A DNA stretch of 64,000 bases, from sequence record NC_041917.1. One strand, given 5' to 3'. This document shows positions 39,653-49,934 of the stretch, one piece after another. The translations under genes and the position numbers were made by a program. The stretch's first letter is position 1. The number at the start of each line of letters is the position of its first letter. Below the pieces are notes generated by a model. That model made no database searches and was not told the DNA's origin. It worked only from the letters and a program-made list of their open reading frames with translations.

Positions 39653-42330
39653 TCACATGCCTCTACACGCCGTGCCATAACTTCAGCACGTCTAGTAGTT
39701 TGATTGTACCATGCAGAATTACGTATACCAGCGGCAGCGGCTTTATAATCTCCACGAGCCATTGCAGCTAATGTATTTTTGAATTTTAATACTTTACCCT
39801 TACCCATTTGGAATACCATTTCAGTAAGTACTATTTGACAAATATAAGGAGTTTTCATATTATATTGTGCATATATAGATTGTGCATCACGAACCGTTCT
39901 GACTAAATCCTTCTGTAATAATGCATCAGCCGTTGGTTCATCAATACCACCAGCAAAATTATCTTTTGCAGTAATTAAATGACCATAACCAATTGTTGGG
40001 TATCCCATGCTATCTTTATAAATCCAAAATCTACCATTTCGATAATATCCTACAGCAGTTTGATAGCGAATAGTACCTTCAAACTCTTTAACTTCTTCAA
40101 TTAGTTGTCCATCAGATGCAGAAACTTTCCAATCCACTGAAGTTTTATCAATAGATGATAAATCCTCTGCTGGAACTTTAGCTGATGTATTACTATTACG
40201 TTTAGGAGTGCTTGTGCGTCTTGGATTATGTCTAGAACCACGTTGGGAATATACAGAACCAATACTATTAACCTTTGTAATAACTACTAACTCTGAACTA
40301 TTTTCAGAATAACCAGTTACTGGTGCAGGATTGAGATTAGATGGTTTACCAGCAGTTAAGCTTTTGTTTGCTGCTGAAGAACCTTTTCCAGTTACAGTGC
40401 TATAGAATAATCCAGGGTCTACTGTTCCACTAAATCCATAAATGTTTGCAGATTGTAACCGTATTTCAAATTCAAATACTCCACTAGCTGTTCCTATTTT
40501 TTGACCTTTCGTAACAGTATCTTTATTATTAACAGTAATATTAATATCATAGAATACCGATTTATATCCAGTTGGGTGAGTTATAATTAGCCCACCTGAT
40601 GTAATTTTTGTTACCAATCCACCATCCGGTGCAACAATATCTCCCTTAGCTTGAATTATCCATCCATTACGGTTTGTTGTTGTTCCTGATTGGGTTGGAA
40701 CACCTTTACCCCAATATCCAAATTCACGAATAGTACCAGTACAAGGCATAAACATTTGCAAACCTTCATATGTTGTGGTATAAGTAACAGTAGTATCATC
40801 TTCTCCACCATCACTAACGGTAAGATCTTGAGAAAGTACTTGACCTACCTCTTGAGTACTGTTAACATGTTGTACAGTCTCTTGAGCTTGCTGTTGTGGA
40901 GCTTCAGGAGCCACGTCATTAGCTGGTTCAGCATTAGCTGGGGCGGTAGTACTGCTATTTCCACCACCTGCCACAGCGGGTGCCATTGCGTTACTGTGGT
41001 TACTAGCATCACTAAATGATTGGTGGTAATGTATGTGATTTGCCAATCCAACACTTGGTGTTTGGAAATCTGGAGCACCCATTGTTGCAGTACTAGCAGT
41101 ACTTCCACTTTTAATAGTTAAATTATTTCCACCACCACTGATATTAACAGAAGAACCGGTAATATCAACAGTACTTGAAGCTGTTATTGCAGTGTTTGAA
41201 CCTGAAGTAATATTAGTACTGGAACCGGATTGTAAACGAATACTTGCACCAGCAACTAAACGCAAATCAGCTCCAGTGTTAATTACAACTTGACCATTTA
41301 CTATGGCATCTAATTTACCAACAAGATTAAGTTTACTATCACCAACTGCATGTAAGTTGAAATTTCTACCAACTTCAACATTTAAATCACGTTTAACTGT
41401 TAAATTAAAATCTTCATCAGTACGTACAGTAATACTTTTATCAGAATGAATTAATACTTGACCATCTACCGTTAATTCAACACGTGCAGTACCATCTCTG
41501 TTAATTATGAATACATTACCATCACTTTCTGATAATAATATTTGTGCACCACTACGTGTACGTAGCACAATTCCTTCATTCTTACGAGAACCAACAGTTG
41601 TGTCATTTGTTGGATTATCAAATTGGGTATTTTGATAGCTATCTTGGTCTTCATCCCAACTTGGAGCAGTTAATTCAGAATCAGTGAATCCATCATCTAT
41701 AACGAATGAGTTTCCACGAGGTGAAGCCATTCCATATGTGGTTGAGATTGTTTGTCTAGTACTACTACGGTTAGGTACACCTTTTTGTTCATCATATAAA
41801 AGGTTTTGTTTCTTTAAACCTTCAACTAATGGAACGTTTACATATTTTTGATCTAATTGTGTTTGAATTGTATTTCTATCGTAATCAGTAATAGGTACTG
41901 GCATATCATAACCAGAATTAGGCATCTTTTGTGATGCAGAACCAGGAACCATAGTATTCATACGATCATCATAACCACATGCGAACCACCAACAATCATG
42001 TATATTACCATTAGCAAAGAATATTGCTACAGTTACCCCAACATCTGGTGGTACTGCCCAAAAACCGTATCCTTTTGGGAATTGTTGATAAGATTCTGCA
42101 CCAGGTGTTCCTGGTGTTCTACCAGCAAATGGTGAAAGATATGATGCAGTAAGCCAAGACCCTTTAGAGTCTTTATCACTTTGTGAATTCTGCACCCATA
42201 CTTTTAATTTACCAGTTCTGGTAGGATCTCGATTGTCCATTACGGTTGCTAGTTGGACAAATTGAGGATTGAACCTTGCATTTTGGTTATTAGCAAAGGT
42301 CATACTTTTACTAGTACTATTATCCGCCAT
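39649..42330 (-). CDS. gp5: Central spike/hub protein, T4 gp5-like: OB fold, beta-helix, degenerate M23-like domain, C-terminal GH24 lysozyme
   Basis: VMDNRDPTRTGKLKVW and GFWAVPPDVG OB-fold motifs; repeated beta strands; lysozyme motif at the C-terminus. Confidence 0.85.
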   Translation of the reverse strand: MADNSTSKSMTFANNQNARFNPQFVQLATVMDNRDPTRTGKLKVWVQNSQSDKDSKGSWLTASYLSPFAGRTPGTPGAESYQQFPKGYGFWAVPPDVGVTVAIFFANGNIHDCWWFACGYDDRMNTMVPGSASQKMPNSGYDMPVPITDYDRNTIQTQLDQKYVNVPLVEGLKKQNLLYDEQKGVPNRSSTRQTISTTYGMASPRGNSFVIDDGFTDSELTAPSWDEDQDSYQNTQFDNPTNDTTVGSRKNEGIVLRTRSGAQILLSESDGNVFIINRDGTARVELTVDGQVLIHSDKSITVRTDEDFNLTVKRDLNVEVGRNFNLHAVGDSKLNLVGKLDAIVNGQVVINTGADLRLVAGASIRLQSGSSTNITSGSNTAITASSTVDITGSSVNISGGGNNLTIKSGSTASTATMGAPDFQTPSVGLANHIHYHQSFSDASNHSNAMAPAVAGGGNSSTTAPANAEPANDVAPEAPQQQAQETVQHVNSTQEVGQVLSQDLTVSDGGEDDTTVTYTTTYEGLQMFMPCTGTIREFGYWGKGVPTQSGTTTNRNGWIIQAKGDIVAPDGGLVTKITSGGLIITHPTGYKSVFYDINITVNNKDTVTKGQKIGTASGVFEFEIRLQSANIYGFSGTVDPGLFYSTVTGKGSSAANKSLTAGKPSNLNPAPVTGYSENSSELVVITKVNSIGSVYSQRGSRHNPRRTSTPKRNSNTSAKVPAEDLSSIDKTSVDWKVSASDGQLIEEVKEFEGTIRYQTAVGYYRNGRFWIYKDSMGYPTIGYGHLITAKDNFAGGIDEPTADALLQKDLVRTVRDAQSIYAQYNMKTPYICQIVLTEMVFQMGKGKVLKFKNTLAAMARGDYKAAAAGIRNSAWYNQTTRRAEVMARRVEACE

Positions 42331-44692
42331 TATTATTTCCTTCGGTGTTATCAGTGTAGTTTTCTTTACGTCTTAGTGATCTAATTACTAATCCAGCAGT
42401 GATTTGTTGTGTGAAAGTACCATTGCTATTAAATTCACTAACAACTTTATTAACTCTATACAATGTTTGTGCAAATACAGAAGTTTGATTAATTTCCAAA
42501 ATACCAGTAGTATCACTAATAGCAACAATTGGTTTTAAGTTTAAAAGAAGATATGATTCAGATGTTAAGTAATTGGCAAAGTGAATATCACTAGGATCAG
42601 GTTTCAAATCTTCACCTTGTACGGCACGTTGTAGATATTTCATGAAAGAATAATCTCCCCATCCTAACCAGAATGGATCACCAAGTACTTTCATATCTAA
42701 TTTTGCTAAAAATGAACGGTTATAGTAATTATCACGAACTAATCTGCGTTCAAGTTCATCATCTGAGCTATTATCACCTTTTGTACCGGAATTTGTTTGC
42801 TTAGTATTTGTTGGCTCTACAGGAATGCTGTTAACTTTGGGTATTCCAATACCATTAGTGCCATCAACAGTTAAATCATGATCTTTTCTGAAATCCTCAA
42901 TGTATTTTGGTAATGATGGAGATAATGATAAGTTATAATCATCTTGCTCTTGCTCATCTTCAGTTGGCATTGTTTTTTCTTGTGCTAAATTTTGTGCATC
43001 ACGGATAAATTGGCGTTCTTCATCAGATAGTGTTTTACCACTGTCTTGTTCACGTTGTAAACTTTGTGATTTAGCCCATATATCTGTAAAACCATCAGCA
43101 GTACTATATTGTTGTCCAGCTAATTCTAAAAGTTCAGCTTTATGAGTACCAGAACTGTTATCTTGGTCAATTTGTGACTGTGGGTTACGAACTACAGCTA
43201 GATTGAATCCTTGATCATATTTTAAGTCCAAATTAATAACTTCATTGTTTAAACCACTAAATTGATAATCATATCGTTTAGCATTTATCTTTGGTTGTTT
43301 ATTTGGATCAGTTTCATCTGCTATTTTATCAGCATTTTCTCTAAAATATTCAAGATTAAATCTTTCTTCATGTAAATCGTCCTTTGAAGTTACATCTCCA
43401 ATTTTATACTTCAATACATAGAAGTAACTTTTAAAAGCAGAAGTATTTCGTATATTATCATAACCAATATACTTAGAAACTGGTATAATATTAACAAATT
43501 GTCTACGTTTATCAGTACTATCATGTAATGGCATACAACAATCTAATACATCATCTATTACTCTAGATACTGGAAGACTTGCTGCCCATGTAAATTGTTT
43601 AGATGCATTTTGACCAGATGAAGTTTGTGTAACTTCTGGACTTTGTTTTGAATCGTAATTAATTGTCATATTAGCCAATTCATTAGGACAAGAAAGTTCA
43701 AAGAATTTATTATCTGCAAAGGCAGCGTACTTAAATCGTAGATAGCCATATTGATCAGTTGCTATCTTGTTTAAATGATCTTCTAATTGTTGTAAAAATT
43801 CTCCAAATGTTGCTGTTGTGCAAGTATATGGCTCCATAAGAGTCCAATCTTTATTTTCCATTATACCGCCACGTGTACTTGTCATTGTGAATGTATAATT
43901 CATTGTACCACCAGATGGACTTGCAGAACCTGCTATAGTATTGATACGCATTCCCCATTTTCGGTTTAATCCTGGTATAATTGTTGGCTCTCCACTTTCT
44001 CCGTCGAAACCTACAAAATTAAGTTCCATTACCAAAGGAACATCCATGAATTTTTGGTATCCAAGTTCATTTGATAGTACTACTAAGTCATCAAACAAAC
44101 TCATACCACCATTTTCTTGAACTTCCATGATACATGAGTTCAATGAATAGTTAGAAGTAAGTCCTGGTGTTGCTGGACCAGCCGAAGTTATCTTTACACT
44201 ATTGATACTATATCTTCCAGTTACTCCACTTTGTGCAATAACGTACTTAGATATTTCTGCATCCGAATTTTCAAAAAATAATTCATATTCTTTGTGATCC
44301 ATTGTATATAATGAAAAGTTCCAAGTATAATTATGATATTTCAATAACGGATTATCATATGGTAGTATCATTTCATTTAAATTTATATTAGAATATGTTC
44401 CATCCGGTGCGTTAAATGATTTTTGCTTTTCTTCAGTTGCACGTAGAACATATCCATTTGGTGTTCCTGGGATCATGCCTTTAACTTTAGCTTCAGCCGC
44501 ATCGCCAGTATTCTTTACTGATGAAGCTACCGCATTACTTGCCGCTGCTACATTATTTTTAGCATTAGTAGTTGCTTTAGCTATATCATCAGGTGTTAGT
44601 AGTAATTGATCAACCGCACCTTCAATATTTTGTTGAGGGGATTGAGTGCTACCAGTAGTAGCTTTATTAACAATATTATTAATAGATGCCAT
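42320..44692 (-). CDS. Baseplate hub protein (gp27/VgrG-hub position)
   Basis: 790 aa between the gp53-like and gp5-like genes; MKVLGDPFWL...YRVNKVVSEF...FTQ C-terminal pattern. Confidence 0.6.
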   Translation of the reverse strand: MASINNIVNKATTGSTQSPQQNIEGAVDQLLLTPDDIAKATTNAKNNVAAASNAVASSVKNTGDAAEAKVKGMIPGTPNGYVLRATEEKQKSFNAPDGTYSNINLNEMILPYDNPLLKYHNYTWNFSLYTMDHKEYELFFENSDAEISKYVIAQSGVTGRYSINSVKITSAGPATPGLTSNYSLNSCIMEVQENGGMSLFDDLVVLSNELGYQKFMDVPLVMELNFVGFDGESGEPTIIPGLNRKWGMRINTIAGSASPSGGTMNYTFTMTSTRGGIMENKDWTLMEPYTCTTATFGEFLQQLEDHLNKIATDQYGYLRFKYAAFADNKFFELSCPNELANMTINYDSKQSPEVTQTSSGQNASKQFTWAASLPVSRVIDDVLDCCMPLHDSTDKRRQFVNIIPVSKYIGYDNIRNTSAFKSYFYVLKYKIGDVTSKDDLHEERFNLEYFRENADKIADETDPNKQPKINAKRYDYQFSGLNNEVINLDLKYDQGFNLAVVRNPQSQIDQDNSSGTHKAELLELAGQQYSTADGFTDIWAKSQSLQREQDSGKTLSDEERQFIRDAQNLAQEKTMPTEDEQEQDDYNLSLSPSLPKYIEDFRKDHDLTVDGTNGIGIPKVNSIPVEPTNTKQTNSGTKGDNSSDDELERRLVRDNYYNRSFLAKLDMKVLGDPFWLGWGDYSFMKYLQRAVQGEDLKPDPSDIHFANYLTSESYLLLNLKPIVAISDTTGILEINQTSVFAQTLYRVNKVVSEFNSNGTFTQQITAGLVIRSLRRKENYTDNTEGNNNGG

Positions 44693-44704
44693 GTTGTTAT
44701 ATCC

Positions 44705-45019
44705 TTACGAAACGGTTCTAGAACCATTTAACCAGTTTTGTACACGTTGTAAAGTTGGGATTAAAATAGTTGTTCCACTTTTAAAATCATAAATCGGGTC
44801 AACGAGAATATTTGGATTTAAAAGAGCAAATATATAATACAAACGCTCATTTCCATATAAATCTTTTGCTAAACGCCAAGGTTGTTCATCATATTGGTTC
44901 GGAATTTCATATTGTGTATCCGAATCAGCAGGATAAAGTGGTGCTGGTAAATTATATCCAAGATACCAAGTTTGATTAGTCTTTGCATATGGTGAGTACT
45001 GACTATATTGAGATGACAT
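44705..45019 (-). CDS. gp53: Baseplate wedge protein, T4 gp53-like (LysM-like)
   Basis: QPWRLAKDLYGNERLYYIFALLNP...D...DFKSG..I.IP. Confidence 0.75.
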   Translation of the reverse strand: MSSQYSQYSPYAKTNQTWYLGYNLPAPLYPADSDTQYEIPNQYDEQPWRLAKDLYGNERLYYIFALLNPNILVDPIYDFKSGTTILIPTLQRVQNWLNGSRTVS

Positions 45020-45780
45020 TAGATAAATCCTCCTTTACGTAATAATTCTCCACGTTTAAATGCATTCAAATTGAATTTGTTTGTCATAAAATCAGGAGTT
45101 GGTTGTTGCTCAAGCTGAATAGTAATTGTCATCTTTTGCGGAACCCATACTTCATTTTCTGGATTAACTGTACCAATATCTCGAATATTTTCGAAGTACT
45201 GTCTAGTTGCTTTATCCGAAAAATCAAATCCATCCATTGATGAGTCAACTGGTACTTGAATATATGAAACATCATCAGGATAACTAAATGAATAAGATTT
45301 AACTATAACTGGAATATCATTATATACATACCTACCATATCCACTAAGTAGTAAAATTGGTGGTGGAGCACCGACAACAGCAAAGTCAGGATTTTGTGAG
45401 TTAGCTGCTTCTCTACCGAAATCCATTAAGGTAACTGAACGCAAAAAGTGCATACATGCTAATGTATACATTGCTTCCATTGCTGTTCCAGCAAAAAATG
45501 AACCCTGAATTGTAATTACAGTATTCGATGTGTTTTTATAATTATTGTAGCCACTATTCGTGTGAACTGGCTGATCCATTTCATAATTTACTGTTCGTTG
45601 TTCAGAAATAACGGGTGTATAGTTCCACACCATACCGTTAGTACTGCGAAGCATTGATAAAATGGATGGTTGTTGTTGTGGACCAGTACCATAATCCCCG
45701 TAAACATAGTTTGCGGCGGCATCTTTAGGTCTTAGTCTAATTCTACGATCTATCATATACATTCTCCAAGAAAATATCAT
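45019..45780 (-). CDS. Tail tube initiator / baseplate-tube junction protein (gp48/gp54-like)
   Basis: PPPILLLSGYGRYVYNDIPVIVKSYSFSYP motif typical of tube-fold initiators; position in the module. Confidence 0.55.
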   Translation of the reverse strand: MIFSWRMYMIDRRIRLRPKDAAANYVYGDYGTGPQQQPSILSMLRSTNGMVWNYTPVISEQRTVNYEMDQPVHTNSGYNNYKNTSNTVITIQGSFFAGTAMEAMYTLACMHFLRSVTLMDFGREAANSQNPDFAVVGAPPPILLLSGYGRYVYNDIPVIVKSYSFSYPDDVSYIQVPVDSSMDGFDFSDKATRQYFENIRDIGTVNPENEVWVPQKMTITIQLEQQPTPDFMTNKFNLNAFKRGELLRKGGFI

Positions 45781-45784
45781 GAAG

Positions 45785-45791
45785 TATTTAT
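45785..45791 (-). promoter_or_regulatory. Late promoter ATAAATA for the baseplate operon
   Basis: Motif just upstream of the operon start. Confidence 0.65.
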
Positions 45792-45795
45792 TATA

Positions 45796-45824
45796 TGGAA
45801 CGTTTTACAAATTTATGGTATAAT
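45796..45824 (+). promoter_or_regulatory. Early/middle-type promoter TGGAAC-N14-TGGTATAAT
   Basis: Conserved motif upstream of the late sigma gene. Confidence 0.85.
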
Positions 45825-45871
45825 ATACATGTAAAACAAGGATCGTTTTATATTATAAAATGGAGATTTTT

Positions 45872-46732
45872 ATGGCAGTCAAACCAAAACGCAAGAAGTA
45901 TTTAAACAACGCGGATTTGCTACGAGAGATTCATATCAGTAAAATGTCATACTGCTGGGTGCTAGACGATGCTTACAGTATGTACGATTACATCGTCTTC
46001 GACGAGTCCGAAATTACTGAAGAATTAATTGAACTTGCTTCGGCAGAGCGAGTTAAGCGTTTAAATTCAAATACTTTAGATCAAATACGTGTAGCCAATG
46101 GATACACCACAAAGAAAGCTAAAGAACATGCAGAAGAAAACAACTTACTTATTAGTACTGTTCCAGTAGATGAAGTTGTTATCCGAGTGATAAACAATGA
46201 ACACATTCCATTCATGGAAAATACCGTTGTTGAAAAGAAAGTTCGTACCAACTTTGAACCATTTAAACATTATATTGTTGACGAAAGTGGTGAACTATAT
46301 GAAGTTGCACGTTCGCATTGGCGTGGTGATTTGGAAAATGGTGAATTTTCACTTAATCATGGTAGAATGACTAATGAACTAGGTAAAATGTTCATTAAAC
46401 TAGCAGAAGAAATATCTCATAAACCTAATTATCGTAATTATACATACTTAGATGAAATGATGGGAGATGCTAGAATCCAATTGGTTAAGAATGCATTACT
46501 TTTCAATGAAAGTATCTTGTACAAGAAAGTTAAACCCGCAGTACAGCTTAATCCTTTCGCATATTACACCTCATTTGTAAACAACGCATTCAGGTCAGTA
46601 CTAAATGCTGAAAAGAATGTTCGTAACATTCGTGATGACCTCTTGGAAATTCAAGGGTATAATCCTAGTCATACTAGACAAATCGAAATTGAGATGAAAA
46701 TGCTAGAAAGGAAGCAAAATGGCACTGTTTGA
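45872..46732 (+). CDS. gp55: Late transcription sigma factor, T4 gp55-like, with an internal insertion
   Basis: KYLNNADLL N-terminus; ELGKMFIKLAEEISHKPNYRNYTYLDEM and NPFAYYTSFVNNAF motifs. Confidence 0.9.
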   Translation: MAVKPKRKKYLNNADLLREIHISKMSYCWVLDDAYSMYDYIVFDESEITEELIELASAERVKRLNSNTLDQIRVANGYTTKKAKEHAEENNLLISTVPVDEVVIRVINNEHIPFMENTVVEKKVRTNFEPFKHYIVDESGELYEVARSHWRGDLENGEFSLNHGRMTNELGKMFIKLAEEISHKPNYRNYTYLDEMMGDARIQLVKNALLFNESILYKKVKPAVQLNPFAYYTSFVNNAFRSVLNAEKNVRNIRDDLLEIQGYNPSHTRQIEIEMKMLERKQNGTV

Positions 46733-47750
46733 TAAAGCAATTACTTTTACTGATATTCACTTAGGATTGAAAAATAACAGTAAAGACCATAACATAGATT
46801 GTGTTAACTTTGTGAAGTTCACAATTGAAGAAGCAAAGAAAAGAGATATAAAAATTTGTATCTTTATGGGTGATTTTTTCCATAACAGAAGCAATGTTAA
46901 CATCAATACTCTAAACTATGGTTTAGAAATTATGACATTACTTAATAATCATTTTGACAAGACTTACTTTTTAGTAGGCAATCATGATATGTATCATAAG
47001 AATAAACGTGATATAACAAGTATTAACATGGCACGTGTTTTTGATAAAATTCACTTCATAAACAATATTGAAACAATAGATGATTGCACATTTATTCCGT
47101 TCATGATTGATGAAGAATATCAACAACTTCCAAGTTTGCGTAGCAAATATGTATTTGGACACTTAGAACTTCCTGGTTATCTATTAAACAAGATGGTTCA
47201 AATGCCAGATCATGGAAAAGAAACGGAAGAATCATTTGCAGGTTGTGATTATGTCTTTAGTGGACACTTCCATAAAAGACAAGCTAAGGTAACATCAAAA
47301 GGTACAAAAGTACTATATACTGGAAACTGTTTCCCACATAACTTCTCAGATACATGGGATGATGCACGTGGGGTGATGATTCTAGTTCACGGAGATGAAC
47401 CAGAATTCATCATGTGGCCTGATGCACCTCGTTATAGAACATTTACATTATCAGAAATGCTTTCTGAACCAACATATTATCTAGAAGATAATGTAGTTGC
47501 AAAAATTCAGATAGATATTCCTATTACGATGGATGAAATTAGTTTTATTCGTGAAACATTTTGTAAGTTGTACAAGATTCGTGAATTTAATATCATTCCT
47601 AGTAAAAAATCGATGCAAAATGATTTTGGTGGTACTGAAATTGAGACAAGTACTCAATCAGTAGATGAAATTGTCATTGCACAGATCAACGAAAATAAAT
47701 CAAATGTAATTGATAACGAATTACTAATCCAACTTTATCTATCACTATAA
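46719..47750 (+). CDS. gp47: Recombination nuclease subunit, gp47/SbcD/Mre11-like
   Basis: Phosphoesterase motifs TDIHLG, MGDFFH, GNHD, FGHLE and SGHFH. Confidence 0.93.
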   Translation: MALFDKAITFTDIHLGLKNNSKDHNIDCVNFVKFTIEEAKKRDIKICIFMGDFFHNRSNVNINTLNYGLEIMTLLNNHFDKTYFLVGNHDMYHKNKRDITSINMARVFDKIHFINNIETIDDCTFIPFMIDEEYQQLPSLRSKYVFGHLELPGYLLNKMVQMPDHGKETEESFAGCDYVFSGHFHKRQAKVTSKGTKVLYTGNCFPHNFSDTWDDARGVMILVHGDEPEFIMWPDAPRYRTFTLSEMLSEPTYYLEDNVVAKIQIDIPITMDEISFIRETFCKLYKIREFNIIPSKKSMQNDFGGTEIETSTQSVDEIVIAQINENKSNVIDNELLIQLYLSL

Positions 47751-47762
47751 TCGGAGGCACGG

Positions 47763-49904
47763 ATGCTATCTATTAAACGTATTTCAATGCGTAATTTCTT
47801 TTCTTTTGGTAACGCTCCACAAGTAGTGGATTTAGATAGTACTGATATATCACTTATTTTAGGTCAAAATAATGACGCTGCACCAGGAGATGACAATTCT
47901 GGTCGTAGAAATGGAGTTGGTAAATCAGCTATTAACCAAGCAATAGTTTTTGGATTGTATGGAAAGAGTATTGGGAATGATATTAAAATTCCTAACTTAG
48001 TTAATAAGATTAACTCAAAGAATTGTGAAGTTATTATTGATTTCGAAAAAGATGGCGTAGAATACCGTATTGAACGTGGGAGATCACCCACGTTTTTTAA
48101 TTTCTATTGCCTTGATGAAAATAATAATGTATCCGATGAGTCGCGTGGGGAAAAGAAAGATACACAAGAAGACTTAACTGGAATCTTAGGTATCTCACAA
48201 CTTCTTTTAGAACATATTGTAATTCTAAATGCAAGTGTAGAACCATTCCTATCACTTTCACAACAGAAACAACGTGAAATTATCGAAGAATTACTTGGTA
48301 TTACACAACTTACTGAGAAAGCTAACCTACTTAAAGACATGTACAAGGAAACAAAACGTCTTGCAGATCAAGAAAAGTTTAAAATAGAAACTATTACTGA
48401 ATCTAATAAACGAATTGAACAAAGTATAGAGTCATTACAGTTAAGAGCAAATGAGTTTGAGTCTAAAAAGATTAAAACTATTCAAGAATTAAATGATCAT
48501 TTACGTGATTTCGAAGATGTGGACTTTAATCATCTGTTAGAACAAGCTTCTATAATGGAAAAAGCCATTTCTCACAATAAAGCACGTACTAATCTTGAAA
48601 ATCGTGTTGCTCAACTTGCAATAAAGCATGAAGATTATTCAAATTCACTTCAATTGAAGAAAAATGCCCTTCTTAGAAGTATTCAAGAGTTAAGTACTTT
48701 TGATATTAATAATGAACTAGAGAAACATGAAGAATTAGAAACATGGAATACGTTAGAACAATTATTAAAGGATGCATTGAATACCAAACGCTTTAAAGAG
48801 CAACAACTACGATCAGTAACGGATAAAATAACACTTCAAGAACGTTCATTACTAGCTGAACAAAACAAACTAGCAGATCTTGCAGATAGCAAATGTCCAC
48901 TATGTAAAAATTCACTAGAACATGATGATAATCATGCAGATATGAAACATAAATCTGAAGAAGAAGTTCAAAAGATACAATCTAGTATAGAAGTACTAAA
49001 AGGTGAAGTGCAAACCTTACAATTTGAAATCGAAAGACTTGAGATTTTTGAAATGCCACCTAAACCAACTACATTCTATAGTTCATTATCTGAAGCAAAA
49101 CTTCATGAACATAAACTAGAAGAACTAACAAAGAAAAGTGTTGAAGATGATATTAATATCTATGATGATGAACTAATTCTAGCTTATACTGAATTAGAAA
49201 GTACTGAAATTATGGAATATAATGAAACCTTTAGTACTGATGAAGTAAGAGAACTACAACGTTCATTTAATTCATATGTTTCATCATTGGAACGTGAAAG
49301 TACTTCACAAAATCCATATTTTGACCAGATCGAGACTCTTAAACAGAATTCTCTACAATCAGTTGATTATGATGAATATAATAAATTAACAAAACTTGCA
49401 GATCATCAGGATTATTTGACTAAGCTATTGATGAATAAGGATTCCTTTGTTCGCCGCCGCATTATTGAGCAGAATATATCATTCTTAAACTCAAGATTAG
49501 AGTACTGGATTGAAAAATCAGGTTCTCAACACACCGTTGAGTTCTTAAATGACCTAAGTGTAGACATAAATCTAAATGGACAGTCTTATGATTTCAAACA
49601 ATTGTCTCGTGGTGAAAGAACACGTGTCATTCTATCGTTAAACTTAGCATTCCGTGATACATATGAATCATTGTACCAAAATATAAACATTATGTTTGTT
49701 GATGAATTACTAGACAACGGTTTAGATAGTGGTGGTATTGAAAGTGCATGGCATATGTTACAAGATTTAAGTGCAGTACGTGGTAAAAATATCTTTGTTG
49801 TTTCACACCGTGAAGAATTAGTCAATAGAGCTAGTTCAATTCTACGAGTCGTGAAAGAAGATAGTTTTAGTACTGTTGAATTTTGTGATGCATTAGATCT
49901 ATAA
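47763..49904 (+). CDS. gp46: Recombination ATPase subunit, gp46/SbcC/Rad50-like
   Basis: Walker A NGVGKS, coiled coils, zinc hook CPLC, signature LSRGE, Walker B VDE, H-loop VSH. Confidence 0.93.
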   Translation: MLSIKRISMRNFFSFGNAPQVVDLDSTDISLILGQNNDAAPGDDNSGRRNGVGKSAINQAIVFGLYGKSIGNDIKIPNLVNKINSKNCEVIIDFEKDGVEYRIERGRSPTFFNFYCLDENNNVSDESRGEKKDTQEDLTGILGISQLLLEHIVILNASVEPFLSLSQQKQREIIEELLGITQLTEKANLLKDMYKETKRLADQEKFKIETITESNKRIEQSIESLQLRANEFESKKIKTIQELNDHLRDFEDVDFNHLLEQASIMEKAISHNKARTNLENRVAQLAIKHEDYSNSLQLKKNALLRSIQELSTFDINNELEKHEELETWNTLEQLLKDALNTKRFKEQQLRSVTDKITLQERSLLAEQNKLADLADSKCPLCKNSLEHDDNHADMKHKSEEEVQKIQSSIEVLKGEVQTLQFEIERLEIFEMPPKPTTFYSSLSEAKLHEHKLEELTKKSVEDDINIYDDELILAYTELESTEIMEYNETFSTDEVRELQRSFNSYVSSLERESTSQNPYFDQIETLKQNSLQSVDYDEYNKLTKLADHQDYLTKLLMNKDSFVRRRIIEQNISFLNSRLEYWIEKSGSQHTVEFLNDLSVDINLNGQSYDFKQLSRGERTRVILSLNLAFRDTYESLYQNINIMFVDELLDNGLDSGGIESAWHMLQDLSAVRGKNIFVVSHREELVNRASSILRVVKEDSFSTVEFCDALDL

Positions 49905-49906
49905 AC

Positions 49907-49934
49907 AAAAAGGAGCCATTAGGCTCCTTTTTTT
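49907..49934. terminator. Bidirectional terminator overlapping the endo VII stop
   Basis: aaaaaggagcc-atta-ggctccttttt, the same stem as 4774-4800. Confidence 0.88.
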
